IMG/VR virus record: IMGVR_UViG_3300032163_000008
Coordinates: 15,205 to 79,204 of that record
Length of the DNA stretch: 64,000 nt
From: a virus
Strand: one strand, 5' to 3'
The notes beneath the pieces were generated by a model that saw only the letters and a program-made list of their open reading frames with translations, had not been told where the DNA came from and made no database searches. The position numbers and the translations under genes were made by a program. Shown one piece after another: positions 17,585-27,322 of this stretch (positions within the stretch are counted from its first letter, which is position 1; each line of letters starts with the position of its first letter).

Positions 17585-18550
17585 ATGAAAATTTTGGAAA
17601 GATTCATTAAGTCGTTAGGTGATGATCAGGAAGAACTGACACTTAACAAGGCGATTGATGATTCACAGAGCTCTATCGAGCGTATGTTGAACATTATCGA
17701 TGGTGCGAGTGAGTTAAATAAGTCAAACATTCCGGAGGAAGCAGACGCAAAGGCCGAAAAGGAAGCTGCGAACGCAACTGACAGTGTCTTTACGGTAGAA
17801 AAGAAAAGGGAAGATCAGGGAAAGGGTATTCAAAAGAGCCCAGACTCATCTGTTCCTGAGGAAGCTGACATTGCTGCAGAAGATGAAGCAGCAGACGCAA
17901 CCGACAAAGTATTTTCTGTCGAAAGAAAATTAGGTGAAACTCCTAAGTCTACGAAGCAAGCTGAGGTTCATCTTCGCAAATCCGATAAAAAGGAAGAAGA
18001 AGAGGAATTAGAGGATGTAGAAGAAGACGAAGAATGTGAAGAAGATGATGCTAAAGACGCTAAGAAAAAGGTCAAAAAAATTGAAGAAAAGTTAGAAAAA
18101 AGTTCCGATATGTACAAGAGTTCCGACTCTGACACAATGGAAATGTTCGACGTTTCTTTGCCTTTAGAAGAGCTCAAAAAAGCTATCGATTTCCTTGCTG
18201 AAGAAATCATTTCTCTGCGCAAAGGTCACGAAGTAATTCAAGACTCTATCTCGGCAATCGCTGAAGTAGAAGCAAAGGGTTTTATTCTCAACAAGAGTAT
18301 CGCTTCTGCATTAGATGATCTAGGAAGTACACCAAACCAGCCAAAAGGCCAAGTTAGTGTATTCCACAAGTCATTTGATCAAGGTGATCAAGGTCTCCCA
18401 TCAGTTCAAGAATTCTCTGACGTTATGTATAAAAGCATGATCGAAGGAAAAACTTCCGCAGACGTAGCTTCAAAGCTAATTGCGAATGCAGAAGCTTCTG
18501 GACAGGTTGATCCTTCTTATATGTCCTATTTCACACAGGCCAGTAAGTAG
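17585..18550 (+). CDS. Capsid scaffold protein
   Basis: Acidic coiled-coil between protease and MCP; 12 hydrophobic-x-K-[SAG] sites. Confidence 0.75.
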   Translation: MKILERFIKSLGDDQEELTLNKAIDDSQSSIERMLNIIDGASELNKSNIPEEADAKAEKEAANATDSVFTVEKKREDQGKGIQKSPDSSVPEEADIAAEDEAADATDKVFSVERKLGETPKSTKQAEVHLRKSDKKEEEEELEDVEEDEECEEDDAKDAKKKVKKIEEKLEKSSDMYKSSDSDTMEMFDVSLPLEELKKAIDFLAEEIISLRKGHEVIQDSISAIAEVEAKGFILNKSIASALDDLGSTPNQPKGQVSVFHKSFDQGDQGLPSVQEFSDVMYKSMIEGKTSADVASKLIANAEASGQVDPSYMSYFTQASK

Positions 18551-18611
18551 TAGTTTTTAGTGTGTGTTAAGTTTGAAAAATTAAAACAATTGAAAGGAAG
18601 GTGAGAAAGAC

Positions 18612-20000
18612 ATGAGTAATATTTTAGGTGGCGTTTTAGGTGATTCTTTCGGAGTCCCAACTCAAGAGTTGAACGATCTCGCGAAAGCATTAGGAACTGG
18701 TACAGCAAACACAAGTACATACGTACAAGGTGGAGCTCCTTTCCGCGTTCAGAGCTTAGAAGGAATTTTGAAGGTTGTAACGTATCAAGATAGAAACATC
18801 GTCTTTTGGAAAGATATTCCTAAACTACAGGCTTTTAACACTGTAGAAGAATATAACCAATTAACATCGTACGGTTCTACAGGTAGTGGGTTCTTCAGTG
18901 AAGGAGGACTTCCAACCGAGGACGACAGTACTTATGTTCGTCAAACAGCTTTAGTGAAATTTATGGGTACAACTGGTGTCGTAACACATCCTTTAACATT
19001 AGTGCGTTCTGCGCATGGTGATGTTATCGGTCGTGAAGCGAAGAACAGAACTCTGTGGCTGTTACAGAGAGTAGAAGAAGCACTTTTCGGTGGTAATTCT
19101 GCAATTAATCCATTCGCATTTGATGGTTTAGAAAAGCAAGTTGTTACTGCTAATGCAGCTTCACAACTTCAAGAAAACGTAATTGACCTTCGTGGTGCTG
19201 CACTTGATGAAGAGACAAGTGAAAATCTATCTCGCGTCGTTGCAGACAACTTCGGTACTCTTACAACTCTATATGCTGGAAACAAAGTCCTTACAGACCT
19301 TTCCAAGCAGATTCTTCCAAATGGTCGTTTCAGTCTACCTTACGGTGACAAAGAAGGACGTCTTGGATACAGAGTTCGCTTTTTTGATTCGCAGGTTGGT
19401 TCCTACGAATTGAAGCCAAACGTATTCCTTAAAGCAGGCGGACCTTGTCCTACTGTTGCAGACGCTGGTACATCAGCTACAGGAACAATCGTAAACCCAC
19501 TACTCGTTGGTGGTATTGCTAAGTCAGCTATTACACAAACATCACAGTTTACTGCTGGTGCAACGTACAGCTACAGAATCAGTTCCATTGGTGCAGCCGG
19601 AGAAACAGTTCCTAGTGGTCAACTCGCTCAAGCAGTTGCAGGTAGCACAGAATGTGTACAACTTGTAATTACTAACGTGACTGGTGCTACAGGATACAAG
19701 GTTTACCGCGCTCCTGCTGGTACAACAACTGGTCATCTACTTATGACAACAATTCCTGCTACTGTTGGAGCAACAACAACTTTCGTTGATGCTAACGCAG
19801 ATCTTCCAGGAACGTCAAAAGCATATGGCGTAATGATCGATCCAGACCAAGGTCTAGCTTTCAAACAGTTAGCTCCTTTGATGAAGATGGATCTTGCAAC
19901 AGTTGCTGCAAGCTATCGTTTTATGGTTCTTCTTTATGGTGTACCGATTGTTTACAGTCCTCTTAAACAGGTTGTAATTAAGAATATCGGGAATCTATAG
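18612..20000 (+). CDS. Major capsid protein (Twort/A511-like)
   Basis: LAKALGTG...GGAPFRVQSLE, TVEEY, FDGL, IDLRG, LAPLMKMDLA, VLLYG, VIKNIG; strong terminator follows. Confidence 0.92.
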   Translation: MSNILGGVLGDSFGVPTQELNDLAKALGTGTANTSTYVQGGAPFRVQSLEGILKVVTYQDRNIVFWKDIPKLQAFNTVEEYNQLTSYGSTGSGFFSEGGLPTEDDSTYVRQTALVKFMGTTGVVTHPLTLVRSAHGDVIGREAKNRTLWLLQRVEEALFGGNSAINPFAFDGLEKQVVTANAASQLQENVIDLRGAALDEETSENLSRVVADNFGTLTTLYAGNKVLTDLSKQILPNGRFSLPYGDKEGRLGYRVRFFDSQVGSYELKPNVFLKAGGPCPTVADAGTSATGTIVNPLLVGGIAKSAITQTSQFTAGATYSYRISSIGAAGETVPSGQLAQAVAGSTECVQLVITNVTGATGYKVYRAPAGTTTGHLLMTTIPATVGATTTFVDANADLPGTSKAYGVMIDPDQGLAFKQLAPLMKMDLATVAASYRFMVLLYGVPIVYSPLKQVVIKNIGNL

Positions 20001-20027
20001 AATTTAGAATCTTAGGTTAGTTTCTTG

Positions 20028-20056
20028 GAGGGCCCCGAAAGGGGCCCTCTTCGTTT
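20028..20056 (+). terminator. Intrinsic terminator after MCP
   Basis: GAGGGCCCC-GAAA-GGGGCCCTC then TTCGTTT. Confidence 0.8.
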
Positions 20057-20183
20057 GTAAAGTACTATTTTTTTCCATTACAGTCTAATGTATGTTCATT
20101 CCGATTACCAAGTCTAATACTGTAAGTACTCCTACACCCTCTCCCAGTGAGGATGAGGAATTTATTATCATGGAGGAAGCAAA

Positions 20184-20429
20184 ATGAGTGAATGTAGCTG
20201 TGAGACCTGTATAATGGGAAGACGTAAGCGAGATATAGTTGCTACTCTAGAGAAGGAACCTATAACTCCTGGCGTATTAAAATTAGTGGTAGATCTTATT
20301 GAGGAGTTAGGAGAGCTCTGGATAAATGAGGGATTTGAGGCAGATTGTCAAAAATGGGCTAAAGAACAAAGAGAGGCTCTGCTGGATAAGCACGGTATCG
20401 TGTGGAGAGGTACAGGCGTGTTAGGGTAA
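20184..20429 (+). CDS. Hypothetical protein
   Basis: GGAGG SD; N-terminal CxCxxC. Confidence 0.6.
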   Translation: MSECSCETCIMGRRKRDIVATLEKEPITPGVLKLVVDLIEELGELWINEGFEADCQKWAKEQREALLDKHGIVWRGTGVLG

Positions 20430-20451
20430 TATTACCCACGACAATTAAGAT

Positions 20452-21114
20452 ATGAACTCAATACTAGATCAATTAGATGGAGATGAGGCTCAAAGAGCCT
20501 TCCAAGAGGGAGGAATATACCTTGCTCGTCTCGATAGCAATAATGAGCCCATGGAAGAAACCTTTGTACCTTTTCAGGGAGGCATTGTTAGGTATCCCGA
20601 CGTACTTACACTTCACACAGATTTCCCTGAGAGAGATTATAAACTGTCTCGTCCTGAGAGGATCGGGGATATTGTGATGATTCAGCCCGATGGTAGCAAA
20701 AAGATAATCAGCCAGGAACAGCTTGATGGTGTGATAAAGGCTAAATGTGTGGAGGCTCTTCCGAAAAGTACTCCCGACGTGTCTATATTTGAATTTGGGC
20801 TCGTATCAGCTCTAGACACGCTCAGGCTACGGTACAGTATTGACCCAATCAAGGTTTATGAGGGTTACATTGGAAATAGTTTCTATAGAATACACATAAA
20901 CCACGAGGTAAAGAATACTTTTATAGCCTTTAATAAGGGGACTGTAATGGATGTATTACTTGTGGCAGAGCTTTGTGCGATGTGTAGTGACTATTGCAGC
21001 GCTATGAAATATGAATTTAAGATAGGAGATTATTATGAGGACAGAACAAGTGAACCTGAGACTACCGAAAGAGCAGATTCAGGCACTCAAGGTGATAGCA
21101 GCAAAACTAAGTAG
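20452..21114 (+). CDS. Hypothetical protein
   Basis: 220-aa ORF. Confidence 0.6.
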   Translation: MNSILDQLDGDEAQRAFQEGGIYLARLDSNNEPMEETFVPFQGGIVRYPDVLTLHTDFPERDYKLSRPERIGDIVMIQPDGSKKIISQEQLDGVIKAKCVEALPKSTPDVSIFEFGLVSALDTLRLRYSIDPIKVYEGYIGNSFYRIHINHEVKNTFIAFNKGTVMDVLLVAELCAMCSDYCSAMKYEFKIGDYYEDRTSEPETTERADSGTQGDSSKTK

Positions 21115-21193
21115 TGAGGTTGGTGGGAGGCTATCCTACCAAGATGTTATTCGTCTAGTTTTACAAGAAAAGTTTGAAGCTGAGATACAATAG
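21035..21193 (+). CDS. Ribbon-helix-helix-like DNA-binding protein (absent from ORF track)
   Basis: AGGAG SD; MRTEQVNLRLPKEQIQALKVIAAKLSSEVGGRLSYQDVIRLVL. Confidence 0.65.
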   Translation: MRTEQVNLRLPKEQIQALKVIAAKLSSEVGGRLSYQDVIRLVLQEKFEAEIQ

Positions 21194-21220
21194 TGGTAGT
21201 AATATCATATAACCCTCCTC

Positions 21221-21228
21221 TATAATTA
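21221..21228 (+). promoter_or_regulatory. TATAATTA putative late promoter
   Basis: Exact octamer upstream of 21268. Confidence 0.6.
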
Positions 21229-21267
21229 GGACAGAGCCTTAGGGCAAAATATATAGGAGGAAGAAAA

Positions 21268-21744
21268 ATGGCATTGTTACACCCGATCGCGAATAAGTTA
21301 GATAGATACCAACCAGCATTTAAGAAAGTTCACTTTGAGGATATTCTCACAGATTTATCAACACAAATTGATAATATTGAAGTAGGAACAGTTGCAGATA
21401 ACTCAATTACTGCAGCAAAATTAACAGCTGACTCTGTGTCGTCAGTGAAAATAATCAATGCAAACGTAACCCTAGCCAAATTGGCTCCTGGGATCACTCC
21501 TTCACATATCGTTGTGAAAGCTGGGTCAATCACTTGGTCAGGAAGCGGAGCAAGTCTTGCAACAACAATTGCTGGAGTCGCTGCTACTGATATCGTTATG
21601 TGCACCATTGCTGTAGCTCCTACACAGGCTGCCTACATTAAAGCTGCTGCACCTACGCTGAACACGATCACAATTGTACTTTCTGCTGCAAACACATCTA
21701 ATGATGCTGAGATCAGTTACCAAGTATTAAGAGCCGCTGCATAG
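21268..21744 (+). CDS. Putative head decoration / short fibre protein
   Basis: ADNSITAAKL-type repeats; own promoter, AGGAGG SD and terminator suggest high expression. Confidence 0.6.
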   Translation: MALLHPIANKLDRYQPAFKKVHFEDILTDLSTQIDNIEVGTVADNSITAAKLTADSVSSVKIINANVTLAKLAPGITPSHIVVKAGSITWSGSGASLATTIAGVAATDIVMCTIAVAPTQAAYIKAAAPTLNTITIVLSAANTSNDAEISYQVLRAAA

Positions 21745-21768
21745 TAACTCTTAGTTAGTTTGATCTAC

Positions 21769-21795
21769 AAAAAGGCCTCTTCGGAGGCCTTTTTT
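21769..21795 (+). terminator. Intrinsic (bidirectional-type) terminator
   Basis: AAAAAGGCCTC-TTCG-GAGGCCTTTTTT. Confidence 0.9.
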
Positions 21796-21812
21796 ATTGT
21801 CTCCATCCCGTC

Positions 21813-21820
21813 TATAATTA
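21813..21820 (+). promoter_or_regulatory. TATAATTA putative late promoter
   Basis: Exact octamer after the terminator. Confidence 0.6.
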
Positions 21821-21900
21821 AATTGAGTGGCATGCCAGCTCAAACCGGCGGTCACTTGGGCGTGAGCCCTAGCGAAATAATCAAATAAAAGGAGTCGAAG

Positions 21901-22224
21901 ATGAACAACAATAACCCCAATGCTAGAAATGGTTTATCACGCAGTGATATAGAATATAAGAAGTTTTTTAAAGATCAGTTTGGAATGCCCGCAATTAGAG
22001 TTGGAGCAGACGATATTGACACAGTTACTGCACTAGTCTATGTACAAGCAGCAGATATTAGTGCTGATTATATGGCAGGTAGTGTGGGACAAGTAAAGAC
22101 TATTACTGAATACCAAGCTGGTGCTTTAACAGGAGCGCCTACTAAAGTAACAACTCTTACCTACACGGATCCAGTTTATACAACAAAGCCTACAGGTATT
22201 GTAGTGGTTCAAGGGACCCTATAA
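21901..22224 (+). CDS. Putative virion structural protein
   Basis: AAGGAG SD; Thr/Val-rich. Confidence 0.6.
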   Translation: MNNNNPNARNGLSRSDIEYKKFFKDQFGMPAIRVGADDIDTVTALVYVQAADISADYMAGSVGQVKTITEYQAGALTGAPTKVTTLTYTDPVYTTKPTGIVVVQGTL

Positions 22225-22730
22225 TGAATGTCGTTGATATTGTAAAACAGAGTGTATTATTTCCTATAGCAGTGTCAAAATCTGCAGTAGGTCTAGACAA
22301 TGTAGATAACGTCAGACAAGTTGCACAATTTAATTCAGCAGTAGGTTCTAACCTATTCTCAGGCATCTACTTCAATATGACAATGAATAATAACCAAATT
22401 CACTTTGGTGATGTGTTGACAGTAGGAGCAGATGGCTACGCAGTACAAGCAAAAGCCGACAGTGCAACAACGCTGCCTGCCGTGTTTATGGCGTGTCAGA
22501 CGGGCTTTGATCATCCACCACAACAAGCTCTTGTAATGAGTCAAGGGTTTCTAGATAAATCTACCTGGAGTTGGACTCCTGGACAGCTTTTATATGTATC
22601 TGATGCTACCGAAGGTCTTATGACCGCTACTAAGCCAGTAGGTGCAGGGAAGTTCGTGCAACCTGTAGCAATAGCTATGTCCGCTACCAGAATATTCTTC
22701 AATCCTAGTCTTAGCATGGTGGCGTTGTAG
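22224..22730 (+). CDS. Putative virion decoration protein
   Basis: AKADS...WSWTPGQLLYVS..G.MT.TKP...VQPVAIA domain seen in phage fibre/decoration proteins. Confidence 0.6.
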   Translation: MNVVDIVKQSVLFPIAVSKSAVGLDNVDNVRQVAQFNSAVGSNLFSGIYFNMTMNNNQIHFGDVLTVGADGYAVQAKADSATTLPAVFMACQTGFDHPPQQALVMSQGFLDKSTWSWTPGQLLYVSDATEGLMTATKPVGAGKFVQPVAIAMSATRIFFNPSLSMVAL

Positions 22731-23269
22731 TGAATACATTGCCACAAGGATTTGGGATTAAAGAACTAGTGCCTCCTGAGACGTTTGCTCTCGGAGAGGA
22801 TAAAGCTCTAGCTCTTATGGATCAAAGGCTACTAGATGTCTTAGGACAGCTTAAAGCTGCTTTTGGATACACCATGATCATTGACTCTTGGGGTTTTGCC
22901 TCTCGCAAGTATGACGAAGCTACAGGTAGCCCCTACAAGTACAGTGGTTATCGTCCCGTTGGCTGTAATGTCGGGGTTATTGGTGGAGCCCACTACAAGG
23001 GAATGGCCGCCGATATAAAGTTTTACGATGCAACTGGGAAACGCATTCCTACGCAGACTATGCAGAAGCTTATTATACAGAATATGGCTAAGTTTCCTAA
23101 GCTAGTTGCTATGGAGCTTAATGTTAGTTGGAACCATATTGACGTTATGACAGAAAAAGATAGCTCTTCACGCGGTGGAGTAGTACCTGGAAAGATTTTT
23201 ATGTTTAATGTAACAGATAACAGTAAGAGCTGGACGGCTACAAAGCCAGAGGATTCAGCTCGAGTATAG
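22730..23269 (+). CDS. Peptidase M15-family cell-wall hydrolase (endolysin-like)
   Basis: SGYRP, AH..G.AADI, WNHID Zn-binding motifs. Confidence 0.8.
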   Translation: MNTLPQGFGIKELVPPETFALGEDKALALMDQRLLDVLGQLKAAFGYTMIIDSWGFASRKYDEATGSPYKYSGYRPVGCNVGVIGGAHYKGMAADIKFYDATGKRIPTQTMQKLIIQNMAKFPKLVAMELNVSWNHIDVMTEKDSSSRGGVVPGKIFMFNVTDNSKSWTATKPEDSARV

Positions 23270-23282
23270 AGAGGGAGCTAGT

Positions 23283-23618
23283 ATGAATTTAAACGCAGTA
23301 AGAGGAGATACTTTTACTCTACCCATTCAAATAAAGAACAATGGGATTCCTATGGATATCTCTGGATGGACCTTCTTCTTCACAATGAAGAACAAGATTA
23401 ACGATTCAGACGCTAATGCGGTGCTTAAGAGGGATATTGTTATACACGTGGATGCAAATCAAGGCAGAACTCAGTTAGTATTAAGTGCTACTGATACAGC
23501 AAACTTTGTAGGAAGCTACGTATACGACTTTCAATTTAGGGACATAAATGGTAATGTTGGTACATTTTTGCTGGGAACTATGAATTTTGTAAAAGACGTA
23601 TCTAGGAGAATAGCATAA
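23283..23618 (+). CDS. BppU-N-like Ig-fold virion adaptor protein
   Basis: RGDTF...D.SG.TF.FT.K...LSATDT...G.YVYDFQ. Confidence 0.6.
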   Translation: MNLNAVRGDTFTLPIQIKNNGIPMDISGWTFFFTMKNKINDSDANAVLKRDIVIHVDANQGRTQLVLSATDTANFVGSYVYDFQFRDINGNVGTFLLGTMNFVKDVSRRIA

Positions 23619-26600
23619 TGGGAGTAATCACACCAGTTGAAGTAAGTTTAACACAACCAAATCCCATTATAGTGGACATCCTTAGCGATGGGTCCTTAAT
23701 GGCTGGCTCAGGCTCAGGATCGGGAAGTACTATTAACGTATTCCAGCAATTTGGAGTATATAATAGCTTACTTCATGCCTACATAACTACAGACAATTAC
23801 AGACTAACGGTAGATGAGTACTTTAGCTGGCAGCAACCTATTATATCAATACTGAACACTCCTCCAGATCTTCCTACAGTAGGAGATAGGTACATAGTAG
23901 GAACTGCTCCTACAGATATTTGGACAGGGCATGAGAAGGCGATCGCATGGTTTGACGGGCTTAACTGGAATTATGACGTACCCTCAACTGGGTGGGTGGC
24001 GTTTAACTTAGCGACCCTATCTCTCTACTATTACACAGGGACTTGGGGTGCTTTAGACACTACAGTTAAGGCTGATAAGGTAGCTGGTGCGGTAGCTGGT
24101 AACTTTGCTGGGCTCGATGTTACAGGAAATTTAACGGATAGTGGTTTTGATTCGGCTAGTTTTGACCTTTCTGGTACAACTACAACTCATGCCAGCTTAA
24201 CTACAACTCACGGAGTTAGTGGACACCTTGTTGGAACTACTGATATACAGACTCTAACTAATAAGACCTTAACAAGCCCCAAAATAAACGAAAATGTTGC
24301 TTTAGTAGCAACTTCAACGCTTCTCGACGACGCTGTAGCAAAAAGACACTCACAAAATACAGATACAGGTACAACAGCCAGTACCTTCGTCATTAACTCC
24401 ACCTCAGGAACAAAGAGACTAACTATAGACACCTCTACACTAACACATAACATGGTGTTCGATCCCACAGCGTATATAACTACCACTAGTATATCTACCC
24501 TAACAAACAAGACTATCCTGGCTCCTTGGGGATTAGTGAGTAGTGATGTAGGCTTAGGAAGCGTAGACAATGTCCAACAGATGCCTTTATCCTACTTAGA
24601 TGCAGATAGCGCATTAACAGCCAATAGTGATGTTAAAGTAGCGTCACAGAAGGCAACTAAGGCTTATGTAGATGCCGCTATTACTGGATTAAGCTGGAAG
24701 CAGTCAGTAAGACTCGCCACAGCCAGCTTAAATGTGACTCTAACAGGCACTCAAACCGTTGATGGAAAGTCAACTGTTCCTGGAGATCGAATCCTGGTTA
24801 AAGATCAATCGAATCCAGCTGCTAATGGCATATACGAGGCCTCTGCTGCGGGATGGACAAGATCCGCTGACGCTAATACCGCTAATGAACTCCTACAGAT
24901 GGCTGTATTTGTTCGTGAAGGTGATAGTTTGGCTGATACCGCATGGGTATTAACAAATAATAGTATTACATTAGAATCCACAGCTCTAACATACGCTCAG
25001 TTTGCTGGTAGCAGCACCTATGTTGGTGGCTATGGTATCCTTGTAAATGGTAACCAAATAAGAATCAACACAAATGTTACAACACTAACCGATATACAGA
25101 CTCTAACTAATAAGACTCTAACGAACCCCAAGATAAATGATGTGGTGGCTTTATCAGCTTCCTCAACAGCTATTGACGACGCAGTTACAAAGAAGCATAC
25201 TCAGAATACGGATACAGGAACTTCTTCTACCTCTTGGATAGTTAACTCAGCATCAGGTACTAAGCGATTTACGATAGATACGTCAGGGCTGTCAACCGCC
25301 ACAGTAATCGACGCTAGTAAGTTTGTTACTACTGATAATTCAGTAACACTAACAAATAAGACTCTTATTACTCCTCTAGGTCTTGTAAAGGGAGACGTAG
25401 GCTTAGGAAGCGTAGACAATGTCCAACAGATGCCTTTATCCTACTTAGACATCGATGGCACTCTTACAGCTAATAGTGATATCAAAGTAGCTTCGCAAAA
25501 AGCGATCAAGACTTATGTAGATGCCCAAGTAGTGGGTACAGGACACCTACAGAACACCGACACAGGCACAGATAAAACCTCTTGGATTATTAATTCCACC
25601 TCAGGCACAAAGAAACTGACCCTTACAACAGCGGGATTATCGGCAAGCCTATCAATAGATGGCAATGACATCGTTACGAGATCTGCCGAACAAACCCTAA
25701 CAAATAAGACTCTTATTACTCCTCTAGGCCTAGTGAGTAGTGACGTAGGTTTAGGAAATGTTACTAATGTGGCACAGATGCCTTTATCCTATCTAGACAT
25801 CGATGGTACTCTCACAGCCAATAGCGATACTAGAGTGGCTTCACAAAAGGCTGTTAAGACATATATTGACGCTCATGGATCAGGTGGAGGTCATGTACAG
25901 AACACAGATACAGGCACTACACAGGTTACTTGGATCATAAACTCTACATCCCTTACGAAGAAGTTAACTCTCGATACAACAAACTTATCAGTAAATACTA
26001 CAGTAGATGCTGTTAAGCTCGTAACAACGGACAGCGCGCAGACACTAACCAATAAAACAATTACAGCTCCTCTGGGATTAGTAAGCGGTGACGTAGGATT
26101 AGGAAATGTTACTAATGTAGCTCAGATGCCTCTGTCATATCTTGATACTGACGTGGCTCTAACAGCCAACAGCAATCTTAAAGTACCTTCTCAACATGCC
26201 GTAAAGACTTATGTAGATAGTGTGCTTCAGGGTGTTGCTTGGAAGCAATCAGTAAAGCTCGTTACGGCAAACAATGAGCAAATGAACTTCGTTGGACCAA
26301 CCTTTGTCGATGGCAGACAAGCATCTAGTGGAGATCGAATCCTAGTTAAAGATCAACAGGATCCCGCTCAAAATGGTATTTGGGTAGTATCTAACACTGG
26401 GTGGACAAGGGCTACTGACGCAGACACCCCGGCAAAGCTGCTACAAATGGCTGTGTTTGCTCGAGAAGGTATCACTAATGCAGATACTGGATGGATGCTT
26501 AACGCTGATGCGATAACTATAGGCGTAACTCCACTTTTATATGGACAGATTGGTAGTGGTGCAGCATACACAGCAGGTACAGGAATATCAATAAGTGGTG

Positions 26601-26791
26601 TGCATGTAATTAGCATTAACTCTACTGTTGCAACTCTTACAGGAGTTCAAACCCTAACTAATAAGACTCTAACAAGTCCTAAAATTAATGAAGACGTAAT
26701 ATTAACGGCGACATCCACGCAATTAAACGCAGCAGTGGCCATAGCAACCAGCTACAATCTAGCCTTGGGCTGTGTAGTAATGAACTTATAG
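23618..26791 (+). CDS. Fibre protein with DUF2793-like domain and internal repeats
   Basis: TPP...GDRYIVG..PT..W; two WKQSV...GDRILVKDQ..NGI domains; repeated TLTNKT / DVGLG.V.NV / HTQNTDTGT. Confidence 0.8.
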   Translation: MGVITPVEVSLTQPNPIIVDILSDGSLMAGSGSGSGSTINVFQQFGVYNSLLHAYITTDNYRLTVDEYFSWQQPIISILNTPPDLPTVGDRYIVGTAPTDIWTGHEKAIAWFDGLNWNYDVPSTGWVAFNLATLSLYYYTGTWGALDTTVKADKVAGAVAGNFAGLDVTGNLTDSGFDSASFDLSGTTTTHASLTTTHGVSGHLVGTTDIQTLTNKTLTSPKINENVALVATSTLLDDAVAKRHSQNTDTGTTASTFVINSTSGTKRLTIDTSTLTHNMVFDPTAYITTTSISTLTNKTILAPWGLVSSDVGLGSVDNVQQMPLSYLDADSALTANSDVKVASQKATKAYVDAAITGLSWKQSVRLATASLNVTLTGTQTVDGKSTVPGDRILVKDQSNPAANGIYEASAAGWTRSADANTANELLQMAVFVREGDSLADTAWVLTNNSITLESTALTYAQFAGSSTYVGGYGILVNGNQIRINTNVTTLTDIQTLTNKTLTNPKINDVVALSASSTAIDDAVTKKHTQNTDTGTSSTSWIVNSASGTKRFTIDTSGLSTATVIDASKFVTTDNSVTLTNKTLITPLGLVKGDVGLGSVDNVQQMPLSYLDIDGTLTANSDIKVASQKAIKTYVDAQVVGTGHLQNTDTGTDKTSWIINSTSGTKKLTLTTAGLSASLSIDGNDIVTRSAEQTLTNKTLITPLGLVSSDVGLGNVTNVAQMPLSYLDIDGTLTANSDTRVASQKAVKTYIDAHGSGGGHVQNTDTGTTQVTWIINSTSLTKKLTLDTTNLSVNTTVDAVKLVTTDSAQTLTNKTITAPLGLVSGDVGLGNVTNVAQMPLSYLDTDVALTANSNLKVPSQHAVKTYVDSVLQGVAWKQSVKLVTANNEQMNFVGPTFVDGRQASSGDRILVKDQQDPAQNGIWVVSNTGWTRATDADTPAKLLQMAVFAREGITNADTGWMLNADAITIGVTPLLYGQIGSGAAYTAGTGISISGVHVISINSTVATLTGVQTLTNKTLTSPKINEDVILTATSTQLNAAVAIATSYNLALGCVVMNL

Positions 26792-26801
26792 AGGAATATA
26801 A

Positions 26802-27278
26802 ATGACAAAAATATACGTACCGTCTTTATCTAATTTCGAGTGGCAGCCTACAGTTCTAGCTAAGGATGTTAACACTCCTCCCGTAGCCCCACAACCAGGG
26901 GACAGATATATTGTCGGAAGTCATCCCACAGGCATTTGGATAGGCAATCCTCTATGGATTGCTTGGTATACAGGCACTGAGTGGGAATATATCGAGCCTA
27001 AAAATGGTATGACTCTCTACATTGTAGACCTTGCAGGTCTTTATACATATCTCGACGGCTACTGGGTAGTTCTGCTAATGGGCAAGTACACATTCTATCA
27101 GAATACCCTATCAGACACCTGGAATATCAACCATCCCCTTAAAACCACAGACCTTCAAGTTTCTATCTGGAGTGATACTAATACCTCTATTATTGCTAAT
27201 ATGCAAGTAATAGATGCGAATAATCTCATGCTTTCCTTCACATCGGAACAACAAGGGAGGGCTATACTGATAGGATAA
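26802..27278 (+). CDS. DUF2793-like virion protein
   Basis: TPP.APQPGDRYIVG..PTG.W; C-terminal W.INH.L. Confidence 0.7.
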   Translation: MTKIYVPSLSNFEWQPTVLAKDVNTPPVAPQPGDRYIVGSHPTGIWIGNPLWIAWYTGTEWEYIEPKNGMTLYIVDLAGLYTYLDGYWVVLLMGKYTFYQNTLSDTWNINHPLKTTDLQVSIWSDTNTSIIANMQVIDANNLMLSFTSEQQGRAILIG

Positions 27279-27322
27279 CTGAACGATAATATAAGTAGCA
27301 GACTACAAAAAAGGAGAAAATA

